A DNA stretch of 64,000 nucleotides, taken from NCBI GenBank assembly GCA_022729235.1, contig JALDAJ010000001.1, positions 224,001 to 288,000 on the forward strand, in the 5' to 3' direction. Below, piece after piece: positions 48,916-59,176 of the stretch (within the stretch, counting starts at the first letter, position 1; each line of letters starts with the position of its first letter). The notes under the pieces were generated by a model. It was not told the origin of the DNA, searched no databases, and was given only the letters and a program-made list of their open reading frames with translations. The DNA is from Candidatus Nanohalarchaeota archaeon (lineage in GTDB: Archaea; Nanohalarchaeota; Nanosalinia; Nanosalinales; Nanosalinaceae). The translations under genes were made by a program, and so were the position numbers.

Positions 48916-50742
48916 ATGAAAGAACTGAAACAAAAACTGGCAGAAGAACTCTCCGAAACACTGGAAACGGAAGTAGAAGTAAACGATATTGAAGTTCCAG
49001 AGCCAGAGCACGGGGACTTCGCCTATCCAGCGATGAGAGCTGCCTCACAAATCGGTAAGCAGCCACGAGAACTGGCGGAAGAATCAGCGGAAGAACTTCA
49101 AGAGAAAGAAATAGATCTCGTGGAGAAAGTAGAGGTTGCAGGACCGGGCTATCTGAACTTCTACCTTGACAGAGAAGAACTCGGTGCGGACATAATAGAA
49201 AACGTATCAAATCTCAAGTTCAAGGATAAGGGAGAAAAGGTGAGCGTTGAACATACCTCACCTAATCCTAACAAACCTTTGCACATGGGAACCATGCGTA
49301 CTGCTTTACTCGGAGACACCATCTCGCGTATAGCCGAGAAGATAGGGTACGATGTAGAAGTTATAGACCTTATCAATGACCTGGGTCGGCAAAGCGCCAG
49401 AACTATCTATGCATACAAGAACTTCCTGGACGAGCTAGACGATGAAGACAAGCAGAAGAAGGCAGATTTCTGGATAGGACTGCTTTACTCGAAGGCCGGC
49501 CAGTACCTGGAGGAAAACCCAGAGGATGAAGAAAAAGTCCAGCAGGTAATACAGGACATAGAGGAAGGTGATAATAAGAACTTCGAACTCATGGAAGACC
49601 TGGTATCCAAGTCAGTTCACGGGCAGCTGGAGACAGCATACCGGAGCAACGTGTTCTATGACCTGGTCACGTTCGAGAGAGATATCGTCGCCTCAAACCT
49701 GCTTAACGAATGTGTAGACAAGCTCAGGGATCTTGACAGGGTATACGAGATAGAGAACGGCGAGGATGAGGGATGTATCGTTATAGAGCTCTCGGATTAC
49801 GAGGACGAACTTGGAGGACTCAAGAAGCCATACAAGATACTGTTCCGGAGCGACGGCACCGCTACATACACCGCGAAAGATATCGCTCTGACTATGTGGA
49901 AATTTGGACTCCTCGAATCAAATTTTGAATACAAGGAGTTCGATCAGCAACCTAACAGTGAAACACTATGGAGCACAGGAGGAGACCGGGAGAAAGACTT
50001 CGGAGACGCCGACCACCACATAAACGTGGTCGGAGAACCTCAGAGCTATGTCATGAAGATTCTGGAGCTATCCCTGGAGGCGCTCGGATTCGAAGAAGAG
50101 GCGGAGAACTTCAGTCACATGAGTTTCGAGTTCGTCTACCTCCCCGGCAAAGAGTCGTACTCAGGTAGGAAAGGGAACTGGGTTGGCAAGCACGCTGACG
50201 CAGTCCTAGACAGAGCAAAAGACCTTGCCCTGGAAGAGATACAGGACCGGTACGATTTCAGCCAAGAAAAAGAGGAGGAAATAGCAGAGAAAGTCGCTGT
50301 AGCCGCGGTACGCTACTTCATACTCAAGTTCACACGTGACAAAGACATCAACTTCTCATTTGAAAAGGCGCTGAACTGGGAAGGAGACTCCGGACCATAC
50401 CTGCTCTACACTGTTGCGCGGGCATATGGGATAAAAGACAAGATAGACGCAGAGACTCAATTCACCACATATGAGAAAGATGTAGAATACGAGCTTCTGC
50501 GAAAAATGTCGGAGTTTGAGAAAGTCCTGGAGGAAAGCTTCGAGTCTCAGGAACCCGCCAAGCTGACCCATTATGTGAAAGAAACAGCAGAAAAGTTCAA
50601 CTCCTTCTACCACAAGTGCCCCGTAAAAGATGCGGAGACGGAAGAACTGAAGAAGTCACGGACCGCGATTATCGACACCTACCTAGAGGTTATGGAACAG
50701 GGTCTAGAACTCCTGGGGATCGAACCGTTGGAGGAGATGTAA
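48916..50742 (+). CDS. argS: Arginyl-tRNA synthetase
   Basis: GPGYLNF, SPNPNKPLHMG, RSDGTATY, SGRKG, GPYLLY, FNSFY, C-terminal Met. Confidence 0.96.
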   Translation: MKELKQKLAEELSETLETEVEVNDIEVPEPEHGDFAYPAMRAASQIGKQPRELAEESAEELQEKEIDLVEKVEVAGPGYLNFYLDREELGADIIENVSNLKFKDKGEKVSVEHTSPNPNKPLHMGTMRTALLGDTISRIAEKIGYDVEVIDLINDLGRQSARTIYAYKNFLDELDDEDKQKKADFWIGLLYSKAGQYLEENPEDEEKVQQVIQDIEEGDNKNFELMEDLVSKSVHGQLETAYRSNVFYDLVTFERDIVASNLLNECVDKLRDLDRVYEIENGEDEGCIVIELSDYEDELGGLKKPYKILFRSDGTATYTAKDIALTMWKFGLLESNFEYKEFDQQPNSETLWSTGGDREKDFGDADHHINVVGEPQSYVMKILELSLEALGFEEEAENFSHMSFEFVYLPGKESYSGRKGNWVGKHADAVLDRAKDLALEEIQDRYDFSQEKEEEIAEKVAVAAVRYFILKFTRDKDINFSFEKALNWEGDSGPYLLYTVARAYGIKDKIDAETQFTTYEKDVEYELLRKMSEFEKVLEESFESQEPAKLTHYVKETAEKFNSFYHKCPVKDAETEELKKSRTAIIDTYLEVMEQGLELLGIEPLEEM

Positions 50743-50812
50743 TTCTTCCCGTGGAGAAAGATGCGTCAACCATTTCTATTATTAACAAGCCGGAGTAGTT
50801 TTTTACAGGGCT

Positions 50813-52750
50813 ATGTCTCTCCTAGGAAGTCTCAAGAACACGTTTGTATCCGGCGGTGAGGACAAGAGAGATCTTGCTTTCGAGACTTCAGAGGAACTGG
50901 ATTTCACGTTGAGCGAGAAGAAGGATGTAAAGATCACGGCCAAAGTCGACAAGCTGGCGGATGTAGACGTCAAGTATCCTCTTATCAAGCCTTTTGCGTA
51001 CGCACATATCAAGTGGGACGAGGAGAAAAAGGAGATTATCTATAACCTGGAGGAGCCTTCTCTCAGCGATGAAGAGGAGGATATGCTGGAAACTATAAAA
51101 GACAACTTATCCGAGAAGCTTGATGTCTCGCTGAGCTCGATGGGAGACAGGGAAAAGGTAATAGGGTTCTTGGAGGAAAAAATCAACGAGCTTCTTCTAG
51201 AACTTGGAATCGAGATGACCGAGAAACAGCACAACAAGATAATGTACTACATATACCGCGATTTTGTCGGATTAGGGAAAATCGAGCCTTTCATGCATGA
51301 CCCATACATAGAGGACCTAGGGGCGGACGGAACCGGCATCCCTATCTTCGCTGTTCACTCCGAATTCGGGTCTGTGAAAAGCGATGTTGTATTCAAAGAT
51401 CAAGAAGACCTGAAGAACCTGGTCATAAAACTGGCTGAGCGGTGCGGAAAATACGTTTCCTACGCCAACCCTCTGCTCGATGGTGCGCTACCAGACGGGT
51501 CCCGTGTCAATGCTTCACTGACGGAGGATGTAACCTCTCACGGTCCGACATTCTCGATAAGAAAGTTCCAGGAAACACCGTTCTCTGCAATCGACATAAT
51601 GGACCTTGGAACAGCAAACGCAGATCTCATGGCTTACATGTGGATACTGATGCAGTACCAGCAGTCATTGCTGATAGTAGGGGGTACCGCTACAGGTAAA
51701 ACATCGTTCCTGAACGCCTGCGTCTCGTTCATCCCGCCAGAGGACAAAATCGTGTCGATCGAGGACACGCGCGAGCTCAGGCTTCCGCACGAGAACTGGA
51801 TCCCCTCTGTCACAAGAGAGATGTTTGGTACACAGAACTCAAGCGATGTGGACATGAATCAGCTCCTGAAAGAGTCGTTCCGTGAGAACCCGGACTACGT
51901 CATCGTCGGAGAAGTCAGGGGAGAGGAAGCGTCTGTACTGTTCCAGGGTATGGCATCCGGGCACCCTTCAATCGGTACTATGCACGCCTCGGGACCGAAC
52001 GATGTCGTGAAAAGGCTCGTGACACCCCCTATCTCGCTTTCACCCGCTCTCGTAGAGTCGCTCGATGCTATCGTGGTCATGACACACGCGAAGGGTGTAG
52101 AAAAATCTGCTAGGAGAGCAAGGAATATACACGAGGTCCAGAAGATAATGGGTGACTCCCGGAGTGCAAGAACTAACACTGCTTTCTCATGGACTGCCAG
52201 AGATGATTCGTTCACGGGAGATGAAGACCCGTACCTTTTCAGCCAGATAAGCACGGATTTCGGCATAACAAAAGAGGAGCTCCGGCAGGAACTGGTAGAC
52301 CGGGCTGCGGTACTGGAGTGGCTGCAGGAGAAAGGAGTAAAGAACTTCAACAAGGTATCAAAGATAATAGCGGAGTACTACAAGAACAAGGACGAGATAA
52401 TGAAGATGGTTAATGCTGAAGCGGGAGAATACTCGTTGAAAGAAGTTATAGAAGCTGAAGACAAGGTAGATATCTCACACACGGAAAGACTGGACTCCGC
52501 GATGGAAAGAGAAAGCGATAGAGACGTACAGGAGCTTGAATCAGAACTCAAGGATATGGACAGGGATCTGGATGGAAGTGATAGTCTGGAGAAGAAGATT
52601 AGTTCAGAAGAAAACCCTGTTGAAGACCTCGAGAAAATCCTCAGGGATGAAAGAAAGAAGATAGAGGATATAAGAGGGAAGAAACCCGGAGAAGGAGACC
52701 CGTTCAACGACTCTGATGTCGAAGTCGAGACCGACCCCTTTGAGGCGTAA
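50813..52750 (+). CDS. Type IV pilus assembly ATPase (FlaI/TadA family)
   Basis: GGTATGKT, SIEDTREL, RENPDYVIVGEVRG, GH..TMHA. Confidence 0.93.
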   Translation: MSLLGSLKNTFVSGGEDKRDLAFETSEELDFTLSEKKDVKITAKVDKLADVDVKYPLIKPFAYAHIKWDEEKKEIIYNLEEPSLSDEEEDMLETIKDNLSEKLDVSLSSMGDREKVIGFLEEKINELLLELGIEMTEKQHNKIMYYIYRDFVGLGKIEPFMHDPYIEDLGADGTGIPIFAVHSEFGSVKSDVVFKDQEDLKNLVIKLAERCGKYVSYANPLLDGALPDGSRVNASLTEDVTSHGPTFSIRKFQETPFSAIDIMDLGTANADLMAYMWILMQYQQSLLIVGGTATGKTSFLNACVSFIPPEDKIVSIEDTRELRLPHENWIPSVTREMFGTQNSSDVDMNQLLKESFRENPDYVIVGEVRGEEASVLFQGMASGHPSIGTMHASGPNDVVKRLVTPPISLSPALVESLDAIVVMTHAKGVEKSARRARNIHEVQKIMGDSRSARTNTAFSWTARDDSFTGDEDPYLFSQISTDFGITKEELRQELVDRAAVLEWLQEKGVKNFNKVSKIIAEYYKNKDEIMKMVNAEAGEYSLKEVIEAEDKVDISHTERLDSAMERESDRDVQELESELKDMDRDLDGSDSLEKKISSEENPVEDLEKILRDERKKIEDIRGKKPGEGDPFNDSDVEVETDPFEA

Positions 52751-52752
52751 AA

Positions 52753-53391
52753 ATGGAAAGAGTAAAATCCGGTATAAACAACTTTGATCGCCTACTGGGA
52801 GGAGGTCTACCCAAAAGACAGCTGGTTCTAGTGGAAGGTGCGCCCGGATGCGGCAAGTCCAACCTGGGGCTGGAGTTCCTTTACAGAGGAGCTCAGAAAG
52901 GAGAGCACGGTCTGTATGTCTCATTCCAGGACACTCAACCTGAGGTTATCAGGACCACGACCTTTGACTGGGAGTTCGAGAAAATGGTTGAAAATAACCG
53001 GATAAACATCAGGAAATTCGATCCATACCGTTACGAGCATATAGCCGAGATGCTGCGTACAGCTGTCAAAGAGAATAACGCTGATAGAGTCGTTCTAGAC
53101 CCCATAACAGACCTTGATCTCTACATCGACACGAGAAAAGATCAGCGGAAAAACCTGTTGCAAATAAAAAAGGAAATCCGGGAACTGGACTGTACAACGA
53201 TTCTTATAGCGGAGAAAGAAGAGGCTACAGAACTCGAGGAAGAAGTCGCAGACGCTATCATAGAACTGGAGCTTTTGAGAGAAGAAGGAATGGTAAAAAG
53301 GCATATATTCGTGAAAAAGTTAAAGGGATCTGACTACAACCACGGCGTCCATAACTACATAATCAACAGCGACGGAATAAAGATACAATGA
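52753..53391 (+). CDS. KaiC/RAD55-like ATPase
   Basis: SGINNFDRLLGGG, GAPGCGKS, RVVLD, VKKLKGS. Confidence 0.9.
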   Translation: MERVKSGINNFDRLLGGGLPKRQLVLVEGAPGCGKSNLGLEFLYRGAQKGEHGLYVSFQDTQPEVIRTTTFDWEFEKMVENNRINIRKFDPYRYEHIAEMLRTAVKENNADRVVLDPITDLDLYIDTRKDQRKNLLQIKKEIRELDCTTILIAEKEEATELEEEVADAIIELELLREEGMVKRHIFVKKLKGSDYNHGVHNYIINSDGIKIQ

Positions 53392-53443
53392 CTGACCGAA
53401 TCCGTGAGTTGTTCGTACCAGTAAACACGGACGGTGTAACCGT

Positions 53444-54367
53444 ATGACATCAGACCCCTTCCGATCTACCGTTAGAAAACGGGTAAAAAACGCCCTCAAA
53501 ACAAACAGTTTGTCCGCGGCGTCAAACGCCCTTTTCGGGTCGACAGCTGATAAACACAGCGAACATTTTGAAGACCTCAAAGAAGACCTGAAAAAAGCGG
53601 ATATGGACGTTCTCTACCGCACCTACGTGTCAAAGATGTTCCTGTATACAACCCTCGCCTTCATTTTCTCCACGGTAATGGGTCTGGGATACAGCATGGT
53701 GAATAGCCTGGCGCCTCTACAGGCAGTAAGGTTCTCAATCGGATTACCTCTCGCATTTTCAGTTCTGGTATTCGGATTAATGTACCTGTATCCTTCCCAG
53801 AGAGCGAAGAGACGGAAGAGAAACATAGAGGAAAACCTTCCCTTCGCACTCAACCACCTCAGCGCCATCGCAACCTCAGGAATACCTCCCAGTTCGATGT
53901 TCCAGCTCCTGCACGGGTTCGAAGAATACGGGGCGATTTCAGAAGAGGCTGGAGAGATCTCCCGGCGTGTTAACGTCTTCGGGGAGGATCTTACAACAGC
54001 ACTAAGAGAAGTTGCTGAAAGATCACCCAGCCAAGACTGGAGCGAGATTCTATACGGTATGCTGTCAACGATAGAGACCGGAGGAAATATCGATGAATAC
54101 ATGAGACAGAAAGCAGACGAGGCACTCTTCGATCTTAAGATAGAGCGCGAGAAGGAGATCGAACGTATAAGCACCTATGCATCTTTCTATACCGCCATCC
54201 TGATTGCAGCACCAGTCTTCCTCGTAGTTATCCTTGCAGTGATGAACCTGCTCGGTGGTCGGCTAATGGGTTTCGAGATAAGAGACCTGATGTGGCTCGG
54301 CGTCCACGTGATTATCCCTGTGATAAACACCCTATTCATAATATTCCTGGCACTGAAGGTGGACTAG
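53444..54367 (+). CDS. Pilus membrane platform protein (TadC/FlaJ-like)
   Basis: YP..RA..R, LPFAL, FGEDL, ETGG. Confidence 0.9.
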   Translation: MTSDPFRSTVRKRVKNALKTNSLSAASNALFGSTADKHSEHFEDLKEDLKKADMDVLYRTYVSKMFLYTTLAFIFSTVMGLGYSMVNSLAPLQAVRFSIGLPLAFSVLVFGLMYLYPSQRAKRRKRNIEENLPFALNHLSAIATSGIPPSSMFQLLHGFEEYGAISEEAGEISRRVNVFGEDLTTALREVAERSPSQDWSEILYGMLSTIETGGNIDEYMRQKADEALFDLKIEREKEIERISTYASFYTAILIAAPVFLVVILAVMNLLGGRLMGFEIRDLMWLGVHVIIPVINTLFIIFLALKVD

Positions 54368-55585
54368 ATGGAGAAAAGCACTAAAGAGAAGTACGAACTG
54401 AAGATCAAGAACTTCTGGCGGCGAAATGAGAGGCTGATAGTTCTTATCGCCGCCGCAGCTATCGCAGGACTTATGCTTGCATTAGCAAATACATGGTACT
54501 ACAACCATACGACAAACAAGTTCACGCTCGACCAGCCCCAGGTAATCGATAACGAGAACGACGCAACGTTCAGCTTTGAACTCGAAAACCCCAGGGTAAC
54601 CACTGAAACAATTATAGAACTTGAGTTACAGAACGTCAGGAGAGACTCTGATGTACATATCTCCGTGAATGGAGAGACACTGCAGCAGATAACAAGCGAA
54701 GAAACCGTTATCAGCGTCCCTCCCGAGTTACTTGAAAACAATAACCAGGTCAGAATCTACAGGGAAACTATAGGATTTGACACCCAGGAACTAGTCGCTG
54801 CAGAAGTCGTCTCACACACGAACTTTCAGCAACTGATGTTCGTACTCCTCAACCTCTCCGCTTTTATCCTGATATTCATCCCCCTGGGTTACGTAAAATA
54901 CCAGGAATACGTGGAAAGGAAGAAAATAGAAGACCAGTTCCCCTCCTTCCTCCGGGATATCGTCCAGGGTAACCGCGCCGGCATGTCACTACCCCAGGCA
55001 ATACAGAACACACAGAACAGTAGCTATGGTCCTCTAGACGACCATATACAGAAGATGTCCGCCCAGATAGAATGGGGTGTACCCTTCGACGAAGTACTCA
55101 AGAACTTTGGAAATGAAGTTGGCTCACCGCTCATAAAGAGGAGTGCTGACACTATAATACAGGCCTATACCTCCGGAGGTAACATACAGGATGTTCTGGA
55201 ATCCGTTGGAGAAAACATTCGCTCAATCAAGCAGTTGAAAGAGGAGCGTACAAGCCAGCTGTACGGCGAAATGATAACCGGGTACATAGTCTACTTTATC
55301 TTCATCGGCATCCTTGTCGCACTGATGACATTCCTTCTACCAAATCTTGCAGACGCATCCGAGGCAATGGGTGGCGGAATAGGCATACTTGGAGAAAGCG
55401 GAGGTGGAGATCTGCAGGAAAACATCTCTCTATACGAAGTCTGGTTCTCAAGACTAGTATTTATACAGGCACTCTTCTCCGGCGTAATAATCGGGAAACT
55501 CGCCGAGGGCGAACTCAAGGCAGGACTGAAACACTCCGCGATACTGTTCGCAGTAGGATACCTTTCCGTCACGTTCTTCCTGTGA
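54368..55585 (+). CDS. Second TadC-like platform protein with an inserted extracytoplasmic domain
   Basis: FPSFLRD, WGVPF, SGG, IIGK..EG...GLKH; about 110-aa beta-rich loop after TM1. Confidence 0.88.
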   Translation: MEKSTKEKYELKIKNFWRRNERLIVLIAAAAIAGLMLALANTWYYNHTTNKFTLDQPQVIDNENDATFSFELENPRVTTETIIELELQNVRRDSDVHISVNGETLQQITSEETVISVPPELLENNNQVRIYRETIGFDTQELVAAEVVSHTNFQQLMFVLLNLSAFILIFIPLGYVKYQEYVERKKIEDQFPSFLRDIVQGNRAGMSLPQAIQNTQNSSYGPLDDHIQKMSAQIEWGVPFDEVLKNFGNEVGSPLIKRSADTIIQAYTSGGNIQDVLESVGENIRSIKQLKEERTSQLYGEMITGYIVYFIFIGILVALMTFLLPNLADASEAMGGGIGILGESGGGDLQENISLYEVWFSRLVFIQALFSGVIIGKLAEGELKAGLKHSAILFAVGYLSVTFFL

Positions 55586-55625
55586 CACGTACCAAATAAA
55601 AACAAGCTCTCACAAACGCAAGTAT

Positions 55626-56051
55626 ATGCGAAAAGGTATTTCTCCACTGATAGCTTCCGTGTTACTCCTGGCAGTTACCCTATCGATTGCAAGCATCTTC
55701 TCGGGCTGGGGACCTGACATCGTAAGAACAGTAACTGACGAAACAGGAAACCAGACGGAGCAAACAATCAGCTGCAACCAGGCATCTCTAAGTATCGAAT
55801 CGGCAAAGTACTTCACGGGTGACGGTGAAACCTCCGTAGTAATCAGAAATACCGGTACATCTAATCTGGACGAAGTCCTGGTCTCCGCCTGGCAGGACAA
55901 TCTTCCGATGGAAGATGCAGAGGAGACAGTAGAAGTAGATCGGGGAGACTTTGAAACCATAAATCTGACAACTACGTCCGGTCCTGATAGAATTGAAGCA
56001 TTCTCCAGACAGTGTTCAGACGTATGGGATGATGAGGAAGAGATAAACTAA
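55626..56051 (+). CDS. Type IV pilin
   Basis: Class III signal RKG/ISPLIASVLL. Confidence 0.9.
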   Translation: MRKGISPLIASVLLLAVTLSIASIFSGWGPDIVRTVTDETGNQTEQTISCNQASLSIESAKYFTGDGETSVVIRNTGTSNLDEVLVSAWQDNLPMEDAEETVEVDRGDFETINLTTTSGPDRIEAFSRQCSDVWDDEEEIN

Positions 56052-56060
56052 AGTGATCCG

Positions 56061-56489
56061 ATGAAAGGTATTTCACACATAGTATCCGCAGTAATCGTGC
56101 TTGCAGTCGGCATCACAGCAGTATCCATATATGCAGAATGGGCTCCCTATCTAGCCGAGAATATCGCGGGAGATGCAGCTGAACAAACCGATCAAGAGAT
56201 AAAATGCCGGAACGCAGCTATTACAGTTGAAAACGCAGAATACAGCCAGAGCGGGCAAATAGCTTTCTTTGACCTGGAAAACACAGGTACAATAAGACTG
56301 TCAGATGGACTTAATGTTGGCGCCCTCACCTCATCAACCGTCCTGAACAGAACCACTGTGTCCTCCCTAGATGTCGGAGAGACACAGCACATAACCATCA
56401 GAACCGATAGAACTCCAGAACGTCTCATGGTCAGCAGCATTGACTGTCCAGAAATAAAAGCCGAGACAGAGAGAATCGATATAGATTAA
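56061..56489 (+). CDS. Type IV pilin
   Basis: Class III signal KG/ISHIVSAVIV. Confidence 0.85.
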   Translation: MKGISHIVSAVIVLAVGITAVSIYAEWAPYLAENIAGDAAEQTDQEIKCRNAAITVENAEYSQSGQIAFFDLENTGTIRLSDGLNVGALTSSTVLNRTTVSSLDVGETQHITIRTDRTPERLMVSSIDCPEIKAETERIDID

Positions 56490-56544
56490 ATCTGAGCCGT
56501 CTACAGTAGTAAAAAATGTAAATACAAACCACATATCTTCTTCT

Positions 56545-56742
56545 ATGACAGAGAATTTCTGGATAATAGAGCTCTACAACGATGAAACAGCGAACATCTC
56601 AGTAACCTCTAAAGCAGAGATAGAAGCGCTGGAGAAAAACGGAGATATCGAAGACTGGCAGTGGGAACCTGCCTCAGAAGCCTCGGAGGACGACATGATC
56701 GAGAGAGCGGAAGACCACGGCTACGAACACGACCCGTGGTAA
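56545..56742 (+). CDS. Small acidic hypothetical protein
   Basis: Typical codon usage, 65 aa. Confidence 0.6.
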   Translation: MTENFWIIELYNDETANISVTSKAEIEALEKNGDIEDWQWEPASEASEDDMIERAEDHGYEHDPW

Positions 56743-56940
56743 CCCTATAGAAACTCAGTACCGTACTGCGCCATTATGTCCGCAGATTCGTGGTACATTC
56801 CAGGGTTCTCAAGATAGTGTTCTACCACCCCGTCAACTAAACCATCCACCCCATAAGCAATACCTTCAAAATATTCTAGACATGACTCCCCAAGAGACTC
56901 CTCTGTATATAACTCCAGTTCGACAAAATTCAGGACACGA

Positions 56941-56998
56941 AGTGTAGCCGAGCCCGGATTTGAATTCGAAGACAAGTCTTCTGCAACCAAATGCGGGC
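56941..56998 (-). repeat. Inverted copy, core hairpin and 24-nt direct copy of the tRNA-Phe 3' end
   Basis: agtgtagccgagcccggatttgaa (56941) vs agtgtggccgagcccggatttgaa (57011); minus-strand gcagaagac-tt-gtcttcgaa. Confidence 0.85.
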
Positions 56999-57014
56999 AT
57001 AGGCACACAAAGTG

Positions 57015-57132
57015 TGGCCGAGCCCGGATTTGAACCGGGGACAACTGCATAGCTGAACTACGTTCACCGAAACACCGACTGGATGTCGGCGTGTCTTCAG
57101 TGCAGCGCTCTCCCAGGCTGAGCTACTCGGCC
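57015..57132 (-). tRNA. tRNA-Phe(GAA) with 44-nt intron 57051-57094
   Basis: GGCCGAG/CTCGGCC, CTGCA/TGCAG stem, anticodon GAA. Confidence 0.92.
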
Positions 57133-57225
57133 GCAAAACTCTCTGTAACTCTAGTTTGATAGGTGAGTTTTAAGAATTGAAAGCATAGCATCGTTCTCAT
57201 AAATCTTCTTCTTCAAAGCCCAATT

Positions 57226-58218
57226 ATGACAGAAGAAACCAGGGACCACGTCCTGCCGGGAACGGAAGAGGAGCATCTCGGAGAAGAAGTGAAGGGGTAC
57301 GACTTCAGAGGCGAGTTCGACCTTGAAGAGATGCTGGAGAGCTACGAGACCACCGGCTTCCAGGCCACACACCTGAAAGAGGCTATCGATCTCGTGAAGA
57401 AGATGCGAGAGGAAGATGCAAAGATATTCCTGACCTTTACATCCAATATAATCTCATCCGGTCTCCGGGAGACTATCGCATACCTTGCCCGTGAAGACTT
57501 TGTGGATGTAATGATAACCTCCTCTGGCTCCCATACAGAAGACGTTATCAAGACCGCGAAGGAGTTCAAGATGGGAGACTGGGACGCCAACGAGGCGGAG
57601 CTGCGCGAACAGGGCATCAACCGGCTCGGCAACATCTACGTAGAGTCAGACTGCTACGTCTGGCTGGAAAAATGGCTCAACGACGAGTTCTTCCCAGACT
57701 TCTTCGACGAAGAAAAAATCAGGACGCCTACAGAGGTCGCACAGGAGCTCGGTAGAAAGGTCGGAGCGGACAGCGACCTTGATGGAAGCGATTCCTTCCT
57801 CTACCACGCCTCCGAAAACGATATACCGGTCTACTGTCCCGCGCTAATCGATGCGGAAATCGGCGACTTCCTGTTCTACTACCGGCAGGAGGTCGATGCG
57901 GAGATAGGTATTGAGATACTTGATGACTGGGACTCACTTATCCACGAAGCCGTTGAAGCCGAAAAGACAGGTATTATCGCGGTCGGTGACGGCGTCCCAA
58001 AACACCAGGCAATCATGTCCAACCTGTTCAAGGGCGGCAGCGACTACGCAGTCTACATATCGACAGGAATGGAGGGAGACGGCTCCCTCTCAGGCGCACC
58101 ACCTAAAGAAGCCGTTTCCTGGGGCAAGATAAAGGAGAACACAAGGAACTACACGCAGGTCGAGGCAGAAGCAACGCTCGTGTTTCCATTACTGGTTGCA
58201 GCGGCGTTCAAGCGTTAA
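57226..58218 (+). CDS. Deoxyhypusine synthase
   Basis: TGFQA, TSNIISSGLR, GINRLGN, GVPKH, DGSLSGA, EAVSWGK, EATLVFPL. Confidence 0.95.
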   Translation: MTEETRDHVLPGTEEEHLGEEVKGYDFRGEFDLEEMLESYETTGFQATHLKEAIDLVKKMREEDAKIFLTFTSNIISSGLRETIAYLAREDFVDVMITSSGSHTEDVIKTAKEFKMGDWDANEAELREQGINRLGNIYVESDCYVWLEKWLNDEFFPDFFDEEKIRTPTEVAQELGRKVGADSDLDGSDSFLYHASENDIPVYCPALIDAEIGDFLFYYRQEVDAEIGIEILDDWDSLIHEAVEAEKTGIIAVGDGVPKHQAIMSNLFKGGSDYAVYISTGMEGDGSLSGAPPKEAVSWGKIKENTRNYTQVEAEATLVFPLLVAAAFKR

Positions 58219-58267
58219 CAGGCGAAAAACTTAAAAAAATAGTCTTCTTTCCCGATTATTACGATAT

Positions 58268-59110
58268 ATGTCGACAAGTACATCTCAAGGTATAGAAGAG
58301 TCTGTAGAATTGCCCGAGGAATTAGAATGGCTTGAAGATAGAGACCGCTATCATTCGGAGTCTATTCTGTCTCCCGACAGCAACTTTCCAGACAGGATTC
58401 TAGTAGATGAAGACGTGTTCGAAAAGCTACCTCTATCCAGACAAGGACAAATGACACTCAGCTATGAGAATCCCGATTCTCAAGAGTTCTTGCAGTTTAT
58501 ACATCCCTTCCTAGATGATGAAGACCACAGTTATAAAGAAAGATTGCTGCAGGCAGTAGTAAGAATCCATAACAACGAAAAGATGAGAGAACTGGGAATC
58601 ACACCTCTGGTTAGATATGACGACGACAGTATAGAACATATACCATTTGGAATGGACAACTTCGTCGCAATACGTGGAGAACTAGTAAACGAGGATGACT
58701 TCTTCCACGATCCTCCCCCAAAATTAATAGGAGAGTACCGTGACGAATTCGAAGATGTAGGATGGAAGATGTATGACGCCATAAGGCAGGGAGAGATCGC
58801 ATATATAGAAGGAAAAGGGTCTTGGATTGAAGATCTTCTCAGCAACAGAGCTATTTACAACCAAAAAGTTGTAGTAACAGATATGGGCGAACTCGGTCCC
58901 GAGATGTTTAGATATTTCCAGGAGTTGGATTCATCAGTACGAGACTTCGTATTCGACGAATTTGACGAGGCACCATTTTACAACGAATTAGAATTTCTAG
59001 GAGAGCCTAACCTGATAGAAAGATTCCTTGAGCACTATAATACACCTATGGACCATAACAAGAATGCCATGTCTCTCCAAGAAGATCAAACTAGATCCCA
59101 CTTTTATTAG
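58268..59110 (+). CDS. Hypothetical protein with weak kinase-like motif
   Basis: EDLLSN...VVVTDMGE. Confidence 0.55.
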   Translation: MSTSTSQGIEESVELPEELEWLEDRDRYHSESILSPDSNFPDRILVDEDVFEKLPLSRQGQMTLSYENPDSQEFLQFIHPFLDDEDHSYKERLLQAVVRIHNNEKMRELGITPLVRYDDDSIEHIPFGMDNFVAIRGELVNEDDFFHDPPPKLIGEYRDEFEDVGWKMYDAIRQGEIAYIEGKGSWIEDLLSNRAIYNQKVVVTDMGELGPEMFRYFQELDSSVRDFVFDEFDEAPFYNELEFLGEPNLIERFLEHYNTPMDHNKNAMSLQEDQTRSHFY

Positions 59111-59176
59111 AAGTCTTCAAGAACATACTCTTCTCCAACAACGAAATTAAATAGGGCTCTTCAGGATAAAAATACC

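Noticed and set aside
50813-56489. Archaellum operon
   Set aside because: Two TadC genes and short pilins, with no FlaF/G or archaellin motifs.
56745-57050. 101-aa minus-strand ORF
   Set aside because: Its start lies inside tRNA-Phe and the repeat; the acidic 3' part may be a gene remnant but no start can be supported.
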